Positions 39,625 to 52,296 of a stretch of DNA of 64,000 nucleotides are shown piece after piece (position 1 is the stretch's first letter; every line of letters starts with the position of its first letter). Source of the DNA: Chiloscyllium plagiosum. Its lineage: Eukaryota. A program made the position numbers and the translations under genes. The stretch lies in assembly GCF_004010195.1 (NCBI RefSeq), contig NC_057749.1, positions 10,650,409 through 10,714,408 on the forward strand, written 5' to 3'. The notes under the pieces were generated by a model that saw only the letters and a list, made by a program, of their open reading frames with translations, was not told where the DNA came from and searched no databases.

Positions 39625-40173
39625 CGTCTCTCTTTTCAGCAAAAACTAATTAGGAATTATGTTCTAATCAAAGGCATTGTTTTTGCTTTACTTCACACAG
39701 GGAATGTCATACACCTAAACATTCTGCTTTAAAATGATTAATTATTGGAATTGATGATGGTTTAATGGCCGTCATAGAACCAAGGTTCAAGACATCCAAA
39801 CAGACATCAGTGAGCTGAAGTCAGGAAGTTAATGCCTGAAATCTTTAGAAGGAAGGAAAGCCAAAACGAGATGAAGAACTCAACTATGGGAAAGAAGGAA
39901 CAAGAAATTAATAGACATTCGGATAAGCTTTCAACAACAACTTGCATTTTGACCTTGAAAACCATTATGAGACAAATGCGTCATAAAAGGGACAGGTTTG
40001 GAGGACTACATTCAAATGAGGAAGGAGAACTGGAGAAGTTTGGGGAAGGAGTTTCTAAAGTTAGGACCAAGAAGCTGAAGGCACAGCCACAAATAGTGGA
40101 ATAATTAATATCTGGGTGCAGCCAAATGTAACTGTACATTAACACAGACAAAACTGTTTTCAATCAATATTAC

Positions 40174-40245
40174 CTCAGAGGCAATGAGACGGAGAATGAG
40201 ACCAACAGTGGGAGTGGTGTTGGTTATTGTTCTCAAGTTGTTGCC
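40174..40245 (-). CDS. ccdc33: CCDC33-like coding exon (72 bp, phase 0/0): GNNLRTITNTTPTVGLILRLIASE
   Basis: tttatgtctccgcag| acceptor, GAG|gtaata donor; matches recalled human [24 protein letters not shown] (same 24-aa length). Confidence 0.88.
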
Positions 40246-41660
40246 CTGCGGAGACATAAAATAAACAATGAGACTTTTCATTACTTGCTACTGTTAAGAA
40301 ATGAATAAGTCTCAGTAAAAGGAACAGGTATGTTGTTTGAATAATTCTCTTATAAAAGAACTGTTTAATACTGGGTCAGACAATAACTCTGGAACTGAAC
40401 ATTAGTCTCAGTGATGGTGATCATTAAACTACCATTAACTGTCGTAAAACTCTCTCTGGTTCACTAATGTTCCTTAGGGAAGGAAATCTGCCATCCTTAC
40501 CTGGTCTGGCCTACATGTGACTCCAGACCCACAGCAATGTGACTGATAATTAACTGCCCTCTGAAATGGTTATTACCAGCCAATCAGTTCAGGGGTATTA
40601 GAATGGATAGCAAATACTACCCTTGCCTGTGATACCTACATCCCAGGAAGGCTTAAAGAAAAAAGCAGCATTGATGATTAGAGGGCAAATCCATAGGCCA
40701 AAGATTTAATAGATAGCCCTGCTCATAGGAGTGGGGTTTGCAGGGATCACAATATTTTGATCTAGGTTTAATTGTTTTTATTTAATTTTCCCCAATGTCT
40801 TTATTTTCTTTCTTTTCTTTTAAATGTGTCTATTGTGTAGTAACTGTGGAGCTCAGAACGGGTCACCTATTCGACCATGGAAGCTAACACAGTTCCTTCC
40901 CTCACTTGGCTCCTTCTGGGTAGGAGCCCCTGGGATGAGACGGGGTCAATATACACCCTACTTTATCATTATCCCGAGGTTTAATTTACATTCTCCATAA
41001 CTAAGCCCCCTATTCTGATTGCAGAAGACTCCTGATGGACAGTAAGAACATTTCCATTCCTAAATGCAACAGACATATACATACAAAGTAGACATTGAAC
41101 GGATGTTTTCTGCTGTGGGCCAATCTAGAATGAGAAGACAAAATTTTAGGATAAGGGGTAGCAGATTTTAAACAGAAATATGGGGAAATTACATCTTTCA
41201 AAGGGTGATATGCCTTACCCCAGAGTGCAGTGAGTATTGGAACATGAATTAAATTTAAGGAGGAGATAGTCAGACTTTTAAGTAGTAATGGGTTAAGTAG
41301 TAATGGAGAACAAGCAGCAAAGTAGAATTGAGGCTAAGATGAGATCAGCCATGATCATACTAAATGGGAGAGTAAGCTCAAGGGGCTAAGTTGCCTACTC
41401 CTGCTTCTAGTTCTTTTGAATATTATAATCAAGCTGATGAAGGAATTTCTGTTAAATGTGGTGATTATTATGCAGTAATTGTGAAGCTGAACTATTTGTC
41501 CATGGAAGTCAACACATCTCCTTCCCTCACTCGGCTCCTTCTGGGTAGGGACCCCCCTGGATGAGACAGGGTCAATAGATACTCTTCTTGTCTTCCTTTA
41601 TCATACCAGTGTGATTTGGGGCTTATTTCTGATTACAATCCCAAGCAGAATAATACTCAC

Positions 41661-41794
41661 CTGCACAGGTAAGCCATCTACCCGCAATCCACAGCCTCCA
41701 CTTTCCGACATCAGTGTGCGGTAGGCACCCTGGTCCAGGGGCACCACCGAGAAGCCGAGTGGGCTGCGGACATACCAGCTGACGGTGTTCATCA
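41661..41794 (-). CDS. ccdc33: CCDC33-like coding exon (134 bp, phase 1/0): (V)MNTVSWYVRSPLGFSVVPLDQGAYRTLMSESGGCGLRVDGLPVQ
   Basis: ctctctctggcag| acceptor, CAG|gtgagt donor; resembles recalled human PWTLNQPLGISVLPL...GLHVERLPI. Confidence 0.9.
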
Positions 41795-42072
41795 CTGCCA
41801 GAGAGAGCATGCAATGAAACCTGTTAGTCACACTCCAGTGGGTCACAGCATGAAGATCATCATCATAGCAACAAGGGCAGGCCTTTCAACAACTCACATT
41901 ACTAGAGCAACTTTAATGCCCTCCATAGGAGCATCATCAGGTAATCTCTGACCCTGAGCCATCTGATACAGGGAGAAGGTGACAGAGCAGTAAAGTCACT
42001 GGACTAGCAATCCAGAAACCCAGCCTGATGCTCTGGGTTCAAATCCCGCCACGGCAACTGGTTTAATTTTAA

Positions 42073-42300
42073 AGTCAAAATGTGCGGTGCTGGAAAAGCA
42101 CAGCCGGTCAGGCAACATGCGGGGAGCAGGAGAGCCAATGTTTTGAGCATAAGCTCTTCATTAGGAATGTTCCTGATGAAGAGCTTATGCACAAAATGTC
42201 AACTCTCCTGCTCCTTGGATGCTGCCTGACTGGCTGTGCTTTTCCAGCACCGCACATTTTGACTCTGATTTCCAGCATCTGTGGTCCTCCCTTTCTCCGA
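42073..42300. mobile_element. short palindromic PLE-type insertion (family P1)
   Basis: TSD gtttaattttaa at 42061-42072 and 42301-42312; centre ~42168; CTGATGA at 42173-42179 with decayed GAAA. Confidence 0.85.
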
Positions 42301-42476
42301 GTTTAATTTTAAGCTCAATTAAGATGTGAATTGAAAGCTAGCATGAGTAATAGTGACCTGAAACTATTGTTGACGGTTGTTAAAAATACATCTGGTTCAC
42401 TCATGCCCTTTGGAGAAGGAAATCTGCTGTCTTTATCTCATGTGGCCTATATATGAATCCAGACACAGATTGACCA

Positions 42477-42652
42477 GTTAGAAAAAATGAGGCCTGCACA
42501 TGCTGGAGATCAGAGTTGAGAGTGTGGTGCTGGAAAAGCACAGCAGGTCAGGCAGTATCCAAGGAGCAGGAAAGGGCTTCTGCCCAGAAAGTTGATTCTC
42601 CTGCTCCTCGGATGCTGCCTGACCTACTGTGCTTTGCTAGCACCATATCCTT
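42477..42652. mobile_element. short palindromic PLE-type insertion (family P1)
   Basis: TSD gacacagattgacca at 42462-42476 and 42653-42667. Confidence 0.85.
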
Positions 42653-43107
42653 GACACAGATTGACCAATAACTGTTCTCAAGGGAACTTTGAACAAAAGC
42701 TGCCCTCTCAGCAATGCTCTCATTCCAAAACAGCGTAAAAGAAAATACTTTACCATTTGTTGATTGAAATTCGTGCTAACATTTTCAATTGACAATTCCA
42801 TCTCCACCACTGATGGACTGCAATTCTTTTATGGATGATGGGAAAATGTAGAACTAGAGGCTACTGTTTATAAGGGGACGCCCATTTCAGACAATAATTA
42901 GGTAATATTTTTCTCTTAGAGGGTCATGATTCTTTGGAACTCGCTTTCTCAAAAGGTGGAAAAAAAGGTTTCTATCAATGTCAAGCTGCAGGACAAAAAT
43001 CTTAGAATTCAGTCTAACACAAAATAAATCACTGCTTGAAACTGAAATCCGCAATAGCTGTCCAACTTGGGAAGTCAAATCATTCAATGAAGTGAAACAT
43101 AGAATCA

Positions 43108-43634
43108 CAGTCATAGAGTCATACAGCACAGAAACAGACCCTTTGGTCCAACCAGTCCAAGCTGAACATAGTCCCAAACTAAACTACCCCCACCTGCCCT
43201 CTCCTGGCTCATATCTCTCCAAACCTTTCTATTGATGGACTTATCCAAATGTTTTTAAGTGGTGTGATCATGACAGCATCCACCAATTCTTCAGAACATT
43301 CCACACATGAATCACTCTATGTAAAAAATTTCCCTCTCATGTTTTTTTTTAAATCTCTCTGCTCTCACCTTAAAAATGGGCCCTCTAGTCTTGAAATCCC
43401 CCATCTTGGAAAAAGGTACCTGCCACTAACCCTATCTATACCCTTCATGATTTTATAAGTTTCTATAAGGTCACCTCTCAACCTCCCACCCTCCAATGTA
43501 AAGTCTCCCAGCCTATCCAGCCTTTCTTTGTAGTTCCAACCTTCCATACCCAGCAATATCCTGGTAAGTCTCTTCTGAACCTTTCCAGCTTAATAATATC
43601 CTTCCTATAACAAGGTGACCAGAACTGGACACAG
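43108..43634 (-). mobile_element. CR1/HER1-type LINE 3' fragment
   Basis: YKERLDRLG...RLRGDLIETYKIMKG. Confidence 0.85.
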
Positions 43635-46007
43635 TTCAATATGACTGGTTGTTCTCAAAACATAGTGGAAGCAGAGTCTTTGAATGTACATAAGGCAGAG
43701 CTGGAGAGTGAATTAATTCTTGATAAACAAGGTGAATTGGTAATTTAATTTTGATTTGATTTGAGTTATTATCACATGTACCTAGATACAGTGAAAAGTT
43801 TTGTTTCGCGTACAATACAGGCAGACCATGCCATATAAAGTGCATTAGGGTATTAGAACAGAGTGAGGAATACAATGTTACAGCTGCAGAGAAGGTGCAC
43901 AGAGAGTGAGATCAACATTAAATTTAAAATTTGAGAGGTCCATTCAGAAGTCTAATAACAGCAGGGAAGAAGCTGATCTTGAACCTGTTGTTACGTGTCT
44001 TTAAGCTTTTGTATTTTCTGCTTGATAGAAGAGGGTGGAAGAATTTACACAATTAGATCAGCCATGATCTTACTGAATGATGAAACAAGCTTGAGGATCT
44101 GTGTGATTTACCACACTCCTTACTCCTCCGTGTTCATGGCACCCTTTCAGCAAAAAATGTCCCAAATTTCCGTGACCCTTTCCAAAAAAGTACTTCACAA
44201 ACACCTTTGAACAGCCTAACTGTCAAATCCCAATGTAGCATCCAATTAAGGGGGCTGGACATTGAGGCTTTTATAAATGGTTAAGGAAAGTATCTTTCAC
44301 AAATAAACCCCTAGTTACACACTCATTTGGAGCTCAGTGTTGAGAACAAATCTGCACGCGTGCACACACACACACACACATACAGACACACACATACAGA
44401 CACACGTGCGCGCACACGCAGGGCTCTGTTAAGGGAGAGACTGAGTTTTGCAACCTGCTGCAGAACAAGACACTCATTCGAGGACCCTACTGTACAGCTA
44501 ACAGCTTCAAATGTACTGACTGTACCCCATCATCTTTAAAATAGTACTCAATGTAGAAACCAGCATGTCCAGCCTTACTGTGAGACCATCAGTAAACAGG
44601 AAATGCACTTCTATATTAAATCAACCAACTGCTGAATTCCACATGTACATTCATGAAGTGAACAAGCTGTCATTTGCTGGTGGCTCCCTCCCCCACTCCA
44701 CAATTCCTGTCTCTCTTTCTCTCTCTCACACGCACACACAGACAGGATCACTCTCTCTGTGATTTTAAATTCATTACCTATGGGAACAGAAATGGTTCTG
44801 TCTCTGGGTTAATGGCTTCTGTCTAAAAGCTTCTAGGAACTGACTGATTCACAAGGACCAGTCAGATTCTCCCTAACCTTCCCTTAACCAGGGAAGTGGT
44901 GACCTGAGAAAACTGTGTTAATCTGCTGCAAGTTTAATTTCTGAGGAATTGGGAATACAGTTCTGGATGGTTGCCTTCCCAAATATGTCTCCCCAACATC
45001 CTTAGCCCCAAGGATCTGCCCTCGGGACAAGAGGCACAGATTTGTTCAATTTTAATACAAACATTTTGCTCTTTCAAATAAACAGGTTAGGTAAAATCAC
45101 ACATCTGGTATGTGAAAGCAGTATGGACTACACTTTTAAAATCGTTTCCCCGTCTGACACATGTTAAGCTCATGCTAGTGACATCACCACAACATTGTGC
45201 TTTGGGATTGTGTCATTGTGATGTCGCATTCCAATGATGTCATCACCACAGCAAAGTTCAGTTACATCATGTTCTGATTACATCATCCCTACCCCCATAC
45301 TCCATTCTTTCACTGTGATGCAATGCTCTGATAATGTCATCACAATTACACACCCCAACGATATCATGGCAATGTCATTGTGACACTAGTTCAATTGTGA
45401 TGTAATTGCCCAGTGACATAATTGTGACACAACGCCTTAGTGACATCATGTTCTGGTGATGTCACTACTACATCATGATTCATTTATGTCTCAGTGATGT
45501 AACTCATCAGTGACATCACATGGGGCAGAGTGAATTGTGGGTATTTGTGACACCTCTGTTACCTTTACCATGCCCCACTTCCACAGACCAATCTACACAG
45601 CACAGTTCTAATCAGTTCCTGTGACATCACAAAACAATAACCCACTCTGTCCCAGTGATGACATCACAGCAGCACAGTGATGTGAATCACTGGATCAGTG
45701 ACATCACTATGCCATCAGATCATGACATCACAGTGCTGTTATCGATCGCAATATCTCAACGATGTCTCTAACTAGGTGGCCAATGGGACCCATTATTCCC
45801 AAGGCAGACATAAAGGCCGGTGAAGGACTGGGACCATGACTTTTCTACTGGTCCAGTTGTTACAATGACAAAACAAAATGCTAAAGAGATGAGACAACAG
45901 AAGCAGCACTTCCCCAGGGACCTAAGCCAAAGTTCAAAGTTCACTGAATGCTATGTGAACCATTGAGGTTCCAATCCACCTCAGGACAAACACAGCTATA
46001 CTGCTCA

Positions 46008-46202
<195 letters not shown>

Positions 46203-46464
46203 TCATCATAACAAGAAACTAAACGACTTTGATTTACATAGCAGTTTTCACAGCCTTAAGATGTCCTGAAGCATTTCACAAGCATATTAATAATGTTTTC
46301 CAAATGTAGTCACTTTCAACCACAGTAAGCACTCACAGGCAGCAAGAATATAACCAGATGGAGTGACTTGGTGATGATTATTCATCACAATCAGCGTAGT
46401 AAGAGTAAATAAGAAGAACAAGACAAGGGAGCACTCAATAAACAGCAGGAAGTTAGGAAGGTGT

Positions 46465-47030
46465 TCAGAGGAACAGAGGAATCTTGGGTAACTTGTCCAC
46501 AGATCTCCGAAAGAGGCAGGGCAGGTTAACAGGATGGTTAAGAAGGCACTTGCCTATATCGGTTGTGACATAGATTATCAGAGCAGGGAGGTTATGCTGC
46601 TGTTGTACAAAACATCCACAAAGCTGCAGTACTGTGTGCATTTCTGGCCACCACACTACAGAAAGGATGTGATTGCACTGGCAATGGGGGTAGAGGAGAC
46701 TCACCAGGATGCTGCCAGAATGAAGCACTTTAACTACGAGGAGAGGCTGGATAAGCTCGGGGTGTTTTCTTTGGAGCAGGCTGAGGGGCGGAGCCTGATA
46801 GAGGTGTATAAGATTATGAGGGTTTCCCCTTAGTCGAAGGGTTAATAACAAGGGCAAAATGTTAACGTGATGGGCAGAAGGTTTCAAGAGGCTTTGAGAA
46901 AAATGGTTTCCATGCAGAGGTTGGTGGGAATTTGGAGTGTACTGGCCTCACAAACTTTCAAAATGATGTTGAAGTATCATGAAGGCGATGGGCCAAACTC
47001 AAGGAAGTGGGACCAGTGTAGATTGGTGAT
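46465..47030 (+). mobile_element. old CR1-type LINE 3' fragment
   Basis: MLLLYKT...LQYCVHFWPPHYRKDV...YEERLDKLG. Confidence 0.75.
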
Positions 47031-47929
47031 TTTTTTGTTTAATTGTTGATCACTCTTCCTAACACTGCTCCAGAAGCTGCCGTTAACGGTTTTGAATCCC
47101 TGTCCATCCCTTTACGTCAAGTTGAAGTGCTTGTTCGATGTTTGATTAGTGATTGTTCGATGTTCTCTGTGCTGTTAGTCAAGACTGAGTGTAGTCCCTG
47201 AGAGGAGCTATAGACATTGGAAAGCAGTGAACAAGCCTCCTATTCAGACACACAAACTGGTGTCGTCTCCCTACAGTACTACTGTGTGATTCCCCAATAG
47301 TTTAAAGTGTCTTTTTTCATTTATCTTTCCACTGACATTGGCATACACCTCTGTCAGATCCATAACCTCAGGGGCACTGTAGAGTGATGAACCTCACATA
47401 CCAGCTTTAGCACAAAGACCGCTGTAACGTCATTAAGATTGTGGTGTAACTAAACTGAATGAAAGGATTTCCCCGTTCTTTTTGTTCTTAATGATGACAT
47501 TGCCCCTTTAAAAGCTTTTCTCTTCCCATTTTTAAGTACAACCCCAAAACAATAATACAGGAAAACTAACAACAGGGGAATAAGATGGCAAATCAATGCA
47601 TTCATTGATTAGCTGTTCAGGGTTGTCACTGCTGACCTTCCCTAATCAAACTGGGAGCCCCTCCTCAACTCCGAGAATGGTGCCAGTGCTACTGCAGACA
47701 GCTCCAGAGTACCCCCCCCCACCACCACCACCAACACCACCCCAACCTGACCCCACCCCGGTCCTGATATCTACTGGGGCAAAACTTGGCAGCAGTAGCT
47801 TGCAAAATGAGGAAAGAAAGAACATCTCTGCAGCCAAAAACAAATTGCCACGTGCCAGAGATTAGACAAAGTGCAGGTAACATCCGTCTGCCCCACAGCA
47901 CTAGGACCCGGGTTCGATTCCATCTTCCA

Positions 47930-48241
47930 TTTGATTCCCTACAGTGTGGAAACAGGCCCTTCGGACCAACAAGTCCACACCGACCCTCGGGAGAGTAACC
48001 CACCCAGTCCTATTTCCTTCTGACTAATGCACCTAACACTATGGGCAATCTAGCATGGCCAATTCACCTGACCTGCACATCTTTGGATTGTGGGAGGAAA
48101 CCTCAGCATCCGCAGGAAACCCACACAGACACGGGGAGAATATGCACACTCCACACAGACAGTCACCCGATGCTGGGATTGAACCCGGGTCCCTGGTGCT
48201 GTGAGGCAGCGGTGCTAACCACTGAGCCACTGTGCCGCCCC
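47930..48241 (-). mobile_element. HE1 SINE nested antisense within an older + strand HE1 (~47868-48452)
   Basis: Host head at ~47870-47925 and host body resuming at ~48243. Confidence 0.8.
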
Positions 48242-49169
48242 TTGTGTGGAGTTCTGCCCGTGTTTGCGTGGGTTTACTCTGGGTGCTCCAGTTTCCTACC
48301 ACAGTCCAAAGACGTGCAGGTTGGACGGATTGGCCAGTGGAAATGCAGGGTTACAGGGATGGGGTAGGGGTGTGAGTTTGGATGGGATGCTCTTCAGAGG
48401 ATCAGCGTAGACTCGCTGGGCTGAATGGCCTGCCTCCACCCAGTAGGAATTCCATTATTCTAATTCCCTCATCAAGAGGATGGAGCTTCTCTACATTCCT
48501 TTGGTGGAAGCTTTGCACAAAATATTACAGCTCTGATGTGATCAGAGAAGGAAAGATTTATCCTCTATGTTTTTTCTTAATTTACTCCTTCCTGGGATGA
48601 AACTATCACTGGCTAGACCAGCATTTACTGCCCATCCCTAATTTCCCCTCCAGAAGGTGAAATGAGCTCCTGCCTTGAAACGCCCACAATACTGTTGGAG
48701 AGGGAGTCCGAGGATTTGGACCCTAAGTCACTGAAGGAACAGCCAGATACCTTTGAGTCAGGAAGGTGTGTGGCTCAGATGGGCTGGTCTATCTGTTGCC
48801 CTTGTCCTACTAGAGGCATTAAAGTCACAAGCTCAAGTCTCAGTGCATGAGAAATCTCAGAACACAAGAAAACAGGAGGCGCAACTATTTCAACATGCCT
48901 CTCAGAACATTCCGGAAGCACCCCACCGATTGAAATGCTCATTAACATGCATTCCTTTTATTACGTTACACTTCATCTACATTGTTACAAATAACGATTG
49001 CTTGATTTATTTGTATGATGATTACAATTCAGCACCTGTCACCAGAATAACTTTTCAATAAGTCAATTGCCTATCTATTTCTCCAACTGTCAGCCTACCT
49101 ATCCCACTGCTTTTCCATCTTCCAGACTTGTCCCTGGGATCACAGGAATGTCCTCGGAAAACAGACTGG

Positions 49170-49430
49170 GAAGATATAAAAGGGACGTAAGGTGCAACGT
49201 TTTCATACGGAGGTGGTGTATGTATGGAATGAGCTGCCAGAGGAAGTGGTGGAGGCTGGGTACAATTACAGCATTCCAAAGGCATCTGGATGGGTTTATG
49301 AATAGGAAGGGTTTGAAGGGATATGGGCCAAATGCTGGCAAATGGGACTAGATTAGGTTGGGATATCTGGTCGGCATGGACGAGTTAGACCGAAGGGTCT
49401 GTTTCTGTGCTGTACATCTCTATGACTCTA
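49170..49430 (+). mobile_element. CR1/HER1-type LINE 3' end
   Basis: AFQRHLDGFMNRKGLKGYGPNAGKWD and tail ctctatgactct. Confidence 0.85.
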
Positions 49431-51292
49431 AAACTGAGCTTGCAATCTCTCAAGTTTCAAAAAAATGAGGTCAGATCTCATTTCAGTTACAAAATATTTG
49501 TGGCGTAGACAGGGTAAGATGCTTCCCCTTGGTTGGGGAGTCTAAAACCAAGGGGCATCATTTGATAATAAGACTATCATATAGGTCCAAGATGAGGAGA
49601 AATTATTTTAGTCAGAGGGTTGTGAAATTCAGAATTCTCGACCACAGAGAGCTGTGGAAACTCAGTCGTTCAGTATGTTTAGAGTAGAGATTGATGGATT
49701 TGCGACTGCCAAAGGGGTACAGGTGGGTAAAAGGTATTGAAGTGTTTAATGTGTTGAATGGTGGGGCAGGACAAGCTCGATGGGCTAATTTGCCTCCTCC
49801 TGTTCCTATCCCTTATCTGTGGACCAAAGATGATGCAGAAATGCAACCACTATGTTCACATTGACAGTAGCATCAATCACTTTACAGACAGTAGAGATCT
49901 CACAAACATCAATGAGATGGGAAATCCAGTTTGTTAATTATAGCAAATGCATGCAACTGCCACTTGGCCCATCATATCAATGTGGGGATTTTGTTAATGG
50001 CATTAATTGATAGAAAGTATTCCGTGGTGAGGTTTTTGAATGTGGTGTGACATACAATTAAGGTCAATCAGATGAAGACGAAATAAAAGGTATTAACCTG
50101 AAAAACAACCTGTTGCATTGTGGGATAGAACCACCTTTTAAAGAAGAAAGTCCTTCATTTGCTGACTATTATTTTTCAGAGGTGGACTGATGGGAAATTG
50201 AGCTATAAATGTACAAGAAGCTGCCAATCTATGCAGAAAATACCCTCCCATTGGCCTCAGGATGGGATTGTTCAACATGTCTCTCTGTGGCTTGGTCTGT
50301 CTTCATTTTACTGCACCCAGGGCAGGATTCACTCATTCACAGCACTGATTCATGATGATGGATTTGTGCTTCTCCCCTCTAAAGTATCATAAACGTCATT
50401 TTGTTAGTGTGCGAGTCTTTATCAGAGTCTCTGTGAATGGCTCTGTGGGGAAATCCTTTATCCACTGACAGCATTCATCACTGTACCACCAATCACCCAC
50501 AGCCAGGGAGCTGCAGACCTGTACAAGAGTCGCAGATTATCAATTGCTTGTAAAGGAAATCTGATGAATTCCAGAGGGCACCCATGAGGCTCTCTCTTCC
50601 TCACTCAAACTCCACACAGACAGTCACCCGATGCTGGGATTGAACCCGGGTCCCTGGTGCTGTGAGGCAGCGGTGCTAACCACTGAGCCACTGTGCCGCC
50701 CCTTATCTGGAGTTCTGCCCGTGTTTGCGTGGGTTTCCTCTGGGTGCTCCAGTTTCCTACCACAGTCCTACCCAGAATCCAGCCACCTCTGGATTCTGAT
50801 TACAAGGGAACAACTTTGATACCAAGTAGTCATCCTGTGCTACTAAGATATTCTGGGCAGATGGAATCAAAATAGAGATCAGCTATGATCTAATTTTTTT
50901 TTTCTTTTATTCGTTCACAGGATGAGGGCATCACATAGGATTTATTGCCCATTTCTAATTGCCCAGAGGGCCATGAAGAGTAACCCATATGTAGTCATGA
51001 TTTGTGTGTAGGGCAGATGAGATAACGATGGTCGTATCCTTCCCTAAAGGACATTAATGAACCAGATGGGCTTTTCCCAACAATCGACAATGGTCATCAC
51101 GAGATTCTTAATTCCAAATTTTTAAAATTGAATTCTATTCCCACCATCCACCATAGCAGGATTCGAACCCAGGTCCCCAGAACATAGTTTGGGTCTCTGC
51201 TTTAATAGCCCAGTGATAAAACCATTAGGCCATCACCTCCCCTGATTGGTTGATTAGTGGAACAGATCCAAGGGGTTGATCCCCCTGTTTCC

Positions 51293-51393
51293 TCCTGTCT
51301 AGATTAGAGTGGTGCTGGAAAAACACAGGTGGTCAGGCAACATCCGAGAAGCAGGAAAATCGACATTTCGGGCAAAAGCCCTTCCTCAGGAAT
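51293..51393 (-). mobile_element. single-arm P1-family insertion with hammerhead motif
   Basis: Minus strand attc-CTGAGGA-A-GGGC(TTTT)GCCC-GAAAT-GTC-gatt; flanking repeat ga(t/c)ccccctgtttcc at 51278-51292 and 51394-51408. Confidence 0.75.
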
Positions 51394-51894
51394 GACCCCC
51401 CTGTTTCCCATGTAAACCAGGTAGAATTTTAATCTTAAATCAGAGACTGATGGATTACGGGAGGTAAGGATTACATTAACAATCAATTTAAGATAATTAG
51501 TCTGATCTCAATGAAGCTAGAAAATACATCAATACGGAAGCAGGGAGCTGTCCCCTACAGGAAAAAGGATCATACCCAGGCCTTGCAACTCCTTTGGATT
51601 AAACAAATACTTTAGGATAACAGTATTTCCCTGGTACATTCCCCATGGCAATGCCTTAACCAATCAGAGTTGATTTATCAACCAATCTTTTCTTGCACAC
51701 TATAAATTACTGCTCCCTTTGACAACTGGCATTCTTGCATTTGTCCTGATTGGCAAAAAAAGCTCTGATAGCATGTCCTGATTTGACAGTAATGCTGACA
51801 AATATGCATTAACCACAGGTATGATGGGATATTGGGCAAAGGCAGAATTAAGTCACAGACAAGCAATAACCTCATTGCATTGTTTGGGGAGGAT

Positions 51895-52296
51895 GGAAGA
51901 GCGAAATGGCCTCCCCCATCCCTACAGAAAGGCTGAATGACTTCCCCCTTACCCTATGAAGAGTCTGAATGGCCTCATGTTTCTGTGGAGAGACTGAATG
52001 GCCTTACCTTGTTCCAACAGAGGGGATGAAAGGCCTCTTCCTGTTCCTACAGGGGGGCTGAATGGCCTCCTCATGTTTCTTCAGAGAGGCTGAATGGCCT
52101 CATGTTCCTGTGGAGAGACTGAATGGCCTCTGCCAGTTCCTACAGAGAGCTGAATGGCCTCTCACTGGCCCTATGGTGGGGCAGAATGGCCACATGTCCC
52201 TGTTGGGAGACAAAATGGCCTCTCCTTGTTCTGATATTGGGACTGAATGACCTCTGCCACTTCCTGTAAAGGGGCTGAATGGCCTTCTCATATTCC
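51895..52296 (+). repeat. degenerate ~31-33-bp tandem repeat (ggctgaatggcctc...gttcct)
   Basis: About a dozen aatggcc(t)-anchored units following a CR1-like tail. Confidence 0.8.
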
